DNA of 64,000 nt from Chiloscyllium plagiosum (Eukaryota), in NCBI RefSeq assembly GCF_004010195.1, contig NC_057750.1, positions 18,390,542 through 18,454,541 of the forward strand, written 5' to 3'. Position 1 is the first letter of the stretch. Every line of letters starts with the position of its first letter. Below the pieces are notes generated by a model. It made no database searches. It saw only the letters and a program-made list of their open reading frames with translations, and was not told the origin of the DNA. This document shows positions 61,651 through 64,000 of this stretch, piece after piece. A program made the translations under genes and the position numbers.

Positions 61651-62049
61651 ATAATGTCTAAATTGGAAACAGTCATGAGATTTTTAAAAGAAACAACAAT
61701 GGTCTCATGATTGTAATTGGAAGGAGAACTAGTTAACATCCAAATTTAATCATAGGGTAGGGGAGACTTTCAATTCATGTATTTATTCGACATTAGAAGT
61801 CCTCCTTGGAAAAGGAACTCATTTCAATACAATGGACTTTCTGATTGCATTGCTGAAACAATGGTATGCACACTTAATCAAGAACCTACATTTCTATTAG
61901 GCAAACAAGAGAGTATTGTGTAATTATTAGCAGTTCATAGATTCCTGATACTTCATGCCTTTTCGCTGTTCCACCAGTAGAATCAGTTATGAAAATAAGA
62001 GCACCAAAAACTGATTTTATAGTTTCTGGCAACTCGAAGATTGCAAGCC

Positions 62050-62340
62050 ATAGAGTCATAGAGATGTACAGCATGGAAACAGACCCTTCGGTCCAACTCG
62101 TCCATGCCGACCAATATCCCACCCCAATCTAATCCCACCTGCCAGCACCCGGCCCATATCCCTCCAAACCCTGCTGTTCATATACCCATCCAGATGCTTT
62201 TTAAATGTTGCAATTGTCCGAGCCTCCACCACTTCCTCTTGCAGGCCTTTCCACACACGCACCACCCTCTGCGTGAAAAAGTTGCCCCTTAGGTCTCTTT
62301 TATATCTTTCCCCCTCACCCTAAACCTATGCCCTCTAGTC
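62050..62340 (-). mobile_element. Young CR1 3' end
   Basis: catagagtcatagag tail; minus ORF VRVWKGLQEEVVEARTIATFKKHLDGYM. Confidence 0.9.
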
Positions 62341-62341
62341 A

Positions 62342-63035
62342 CACTGTCATGGTGGAGTCTCTTATGATTCAGATGGTGCTAATTTTAATTACCTCACCTT
62401 TTAGTTTCACAAATTCACAGGTTTCAGTGAATTGAGTTAATGATGTTGTGTACAGATCAAAGCACTCTCTATACCCTTCAGCCTTAATGTTGAATAAATT
62501 GTCTTCATATGGAACATTCACTTGATTAAAGTATGGCTTCAAAGCTTTTAAAATTGCTGCTATGTCTGTTTTGCTCTTCAGTAAGACCTAAGGTAGAATA
62601 TATTTTCCAACAGTGATAACAGTATAGTGACTTTTGCCTGTTCTGGTTTGCCCAACAAATCCATTGCTGTTGTGCATGGAAGAAATTCAAATGTTGCTTC
62701 ATATCGTTTGTCATATGAACAGGAGATGCTAAAGAAAAAGCTGCAGACATTTCCTCTTAACGGGTGTTCTAACTGAGGCATGCTTCATTTATCTGTGCTT
62801 TATCCCTAAGGGCAGCTTACACCTCTACACATACCTATGTCTCCCTGTCACAGTGTGTCCCATATAACACCCAGTTCTCTTCCTTAAACACCGTCTTCTG
62901 TCACCATGATTCAAGTGTATAATACAACAGTGCAATCAACAAAAAAATTTATTGAAGTGAAGTCATGATGTCTGCCTACAGTATGAGTTGGAGATGCCAT
63001 GTGTGCCCCATGATAAAAATTATGTGATGACAGCA
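62342..63035 (-). mobile_element. Gypsy 5' part: LTR, primer-binding site and gag relic
   Basis: On the minus strand an LTR-like segment with AATAAA ends ...gaatCA, followed by PBS-like TGGTGACAGAAG (62906-62895). Gag-like KPYFNQVNVPYEDNLFN...ECFDLYTTSL...TCEFVKLKGEVI..IIRD follows. Confidence 0.7.
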
Positions 63036-64000
63036 AATTAGGAATGATATTTGTATATAATTGCATTTATACTAAACAACTGTATGCCAGCCAAAGCTGA
63101 TATTCCCGGAATCAATCCACCTACATTCCTGACCTCCATCTCTTTCTAATCTCACCTTTGGGGATATGTGAATACTTTCATGCATGGTGAGGCCAGAACT
63201 GGCTTTAGATGTATTCCACCTCCTTTCCCTTTTCTCACCCGTTCATTAATATCGTAACTGTTGTGTCTTCCGATTGTTTTCTGGTTATCCTAAGTTGGAA
63301 ATAATCATACTTTAAATTGGAAACCTGAGAGCTCCCATTTAATTCCAATTTGTCGTATTATTTGCTCGGTCGACTTTCTAGTTTAGTATTGCATTACCCA
63401 AGAACCTGGCTCTCTAGTGCATCCATGAAATGTGGTCCATTGGCAATCTTGCAAACAATTGGTTCCTGGCTAAATAATTCATAACTGTGAAGACAATATA
63501 ACAATATGGAACAATAAGAATCAGCATTTTTGGCAAAAACATGACAGGCCATTCATGATATTTTCTGGCACTTTGATGATCACTTGATTATGGGATCTTA
63601 ACCAGCAAGAAGGTAGACAGGAAGCACGACAATCTTTCTGCGTAGGATATAATGTTTTTTTAAAAGTTTATTATGATTCCAGCTGATAGTAAGACTGGAC
63701 AAGTCAGATCCCAGAGTGAAACCTGGCTTAAAGACCATAAGTTTATTTTGCAATTTGTTTATCATGGTGGTTAGTCACTGAATATATTCATATGAAGCTG
63801 CAAATGTACTTTTAACAAAAGAACATGAAAGTTTGTAAGAAATGGAAAAAAAAATAATGATAGTTTATGAAATAAGAACTATTTGAAACATTCTTATTCC
63901 AAACATGGATTCAAACCTTTACCATCAGCATCAACTTTACAAATATTCAGAGCTCAGTGAGTAGTCACTCTGTTGCTACTTTAAAGTTTTTTTGTTCAGT

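Overview
This is vertebrate nuclear DNA, not prokaryotic. It is almost certainly from a cartilaginous fish (shark): it carries an HE1-type V-SINE, Deu-domain SINEs, abundant CR1 LINEs and shark-type Penelope terminal repeats. The only intact protein-coding ORF I can support is a 7-finger C2H2 zinc-finger ORF (1365-1955). The rest is a layered graveyard of mobile elements: Penelope-like elements (PLEs), CR1, L2, Rex1/Babar, RTE, an L1/Tx1-like poly(A) insert, three Gypsy remnants, solo LTRs, Tigger/pogo and Harbinger-like DNA transposon relics, and three SINE families. There is also a SINE-derived ~33-bp minisatellite and an old ~0.8-1.1 kb tandem triplication. The most interesting signal is RNA-level: six minimal hammerhead-ribozyme cores (CUGANGA-helix II-GAAAcgUC) at five loci in PLE ends. 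They include a ~235-bp non-coding mini-element at 24276-24510, made of a perfect 97-bp inverted repeat with one hammerhead on each strand and flanked by a target-site duplication. Boundaries of old repeats are approximate and were read by eye. One 142-N assembly gap is present.
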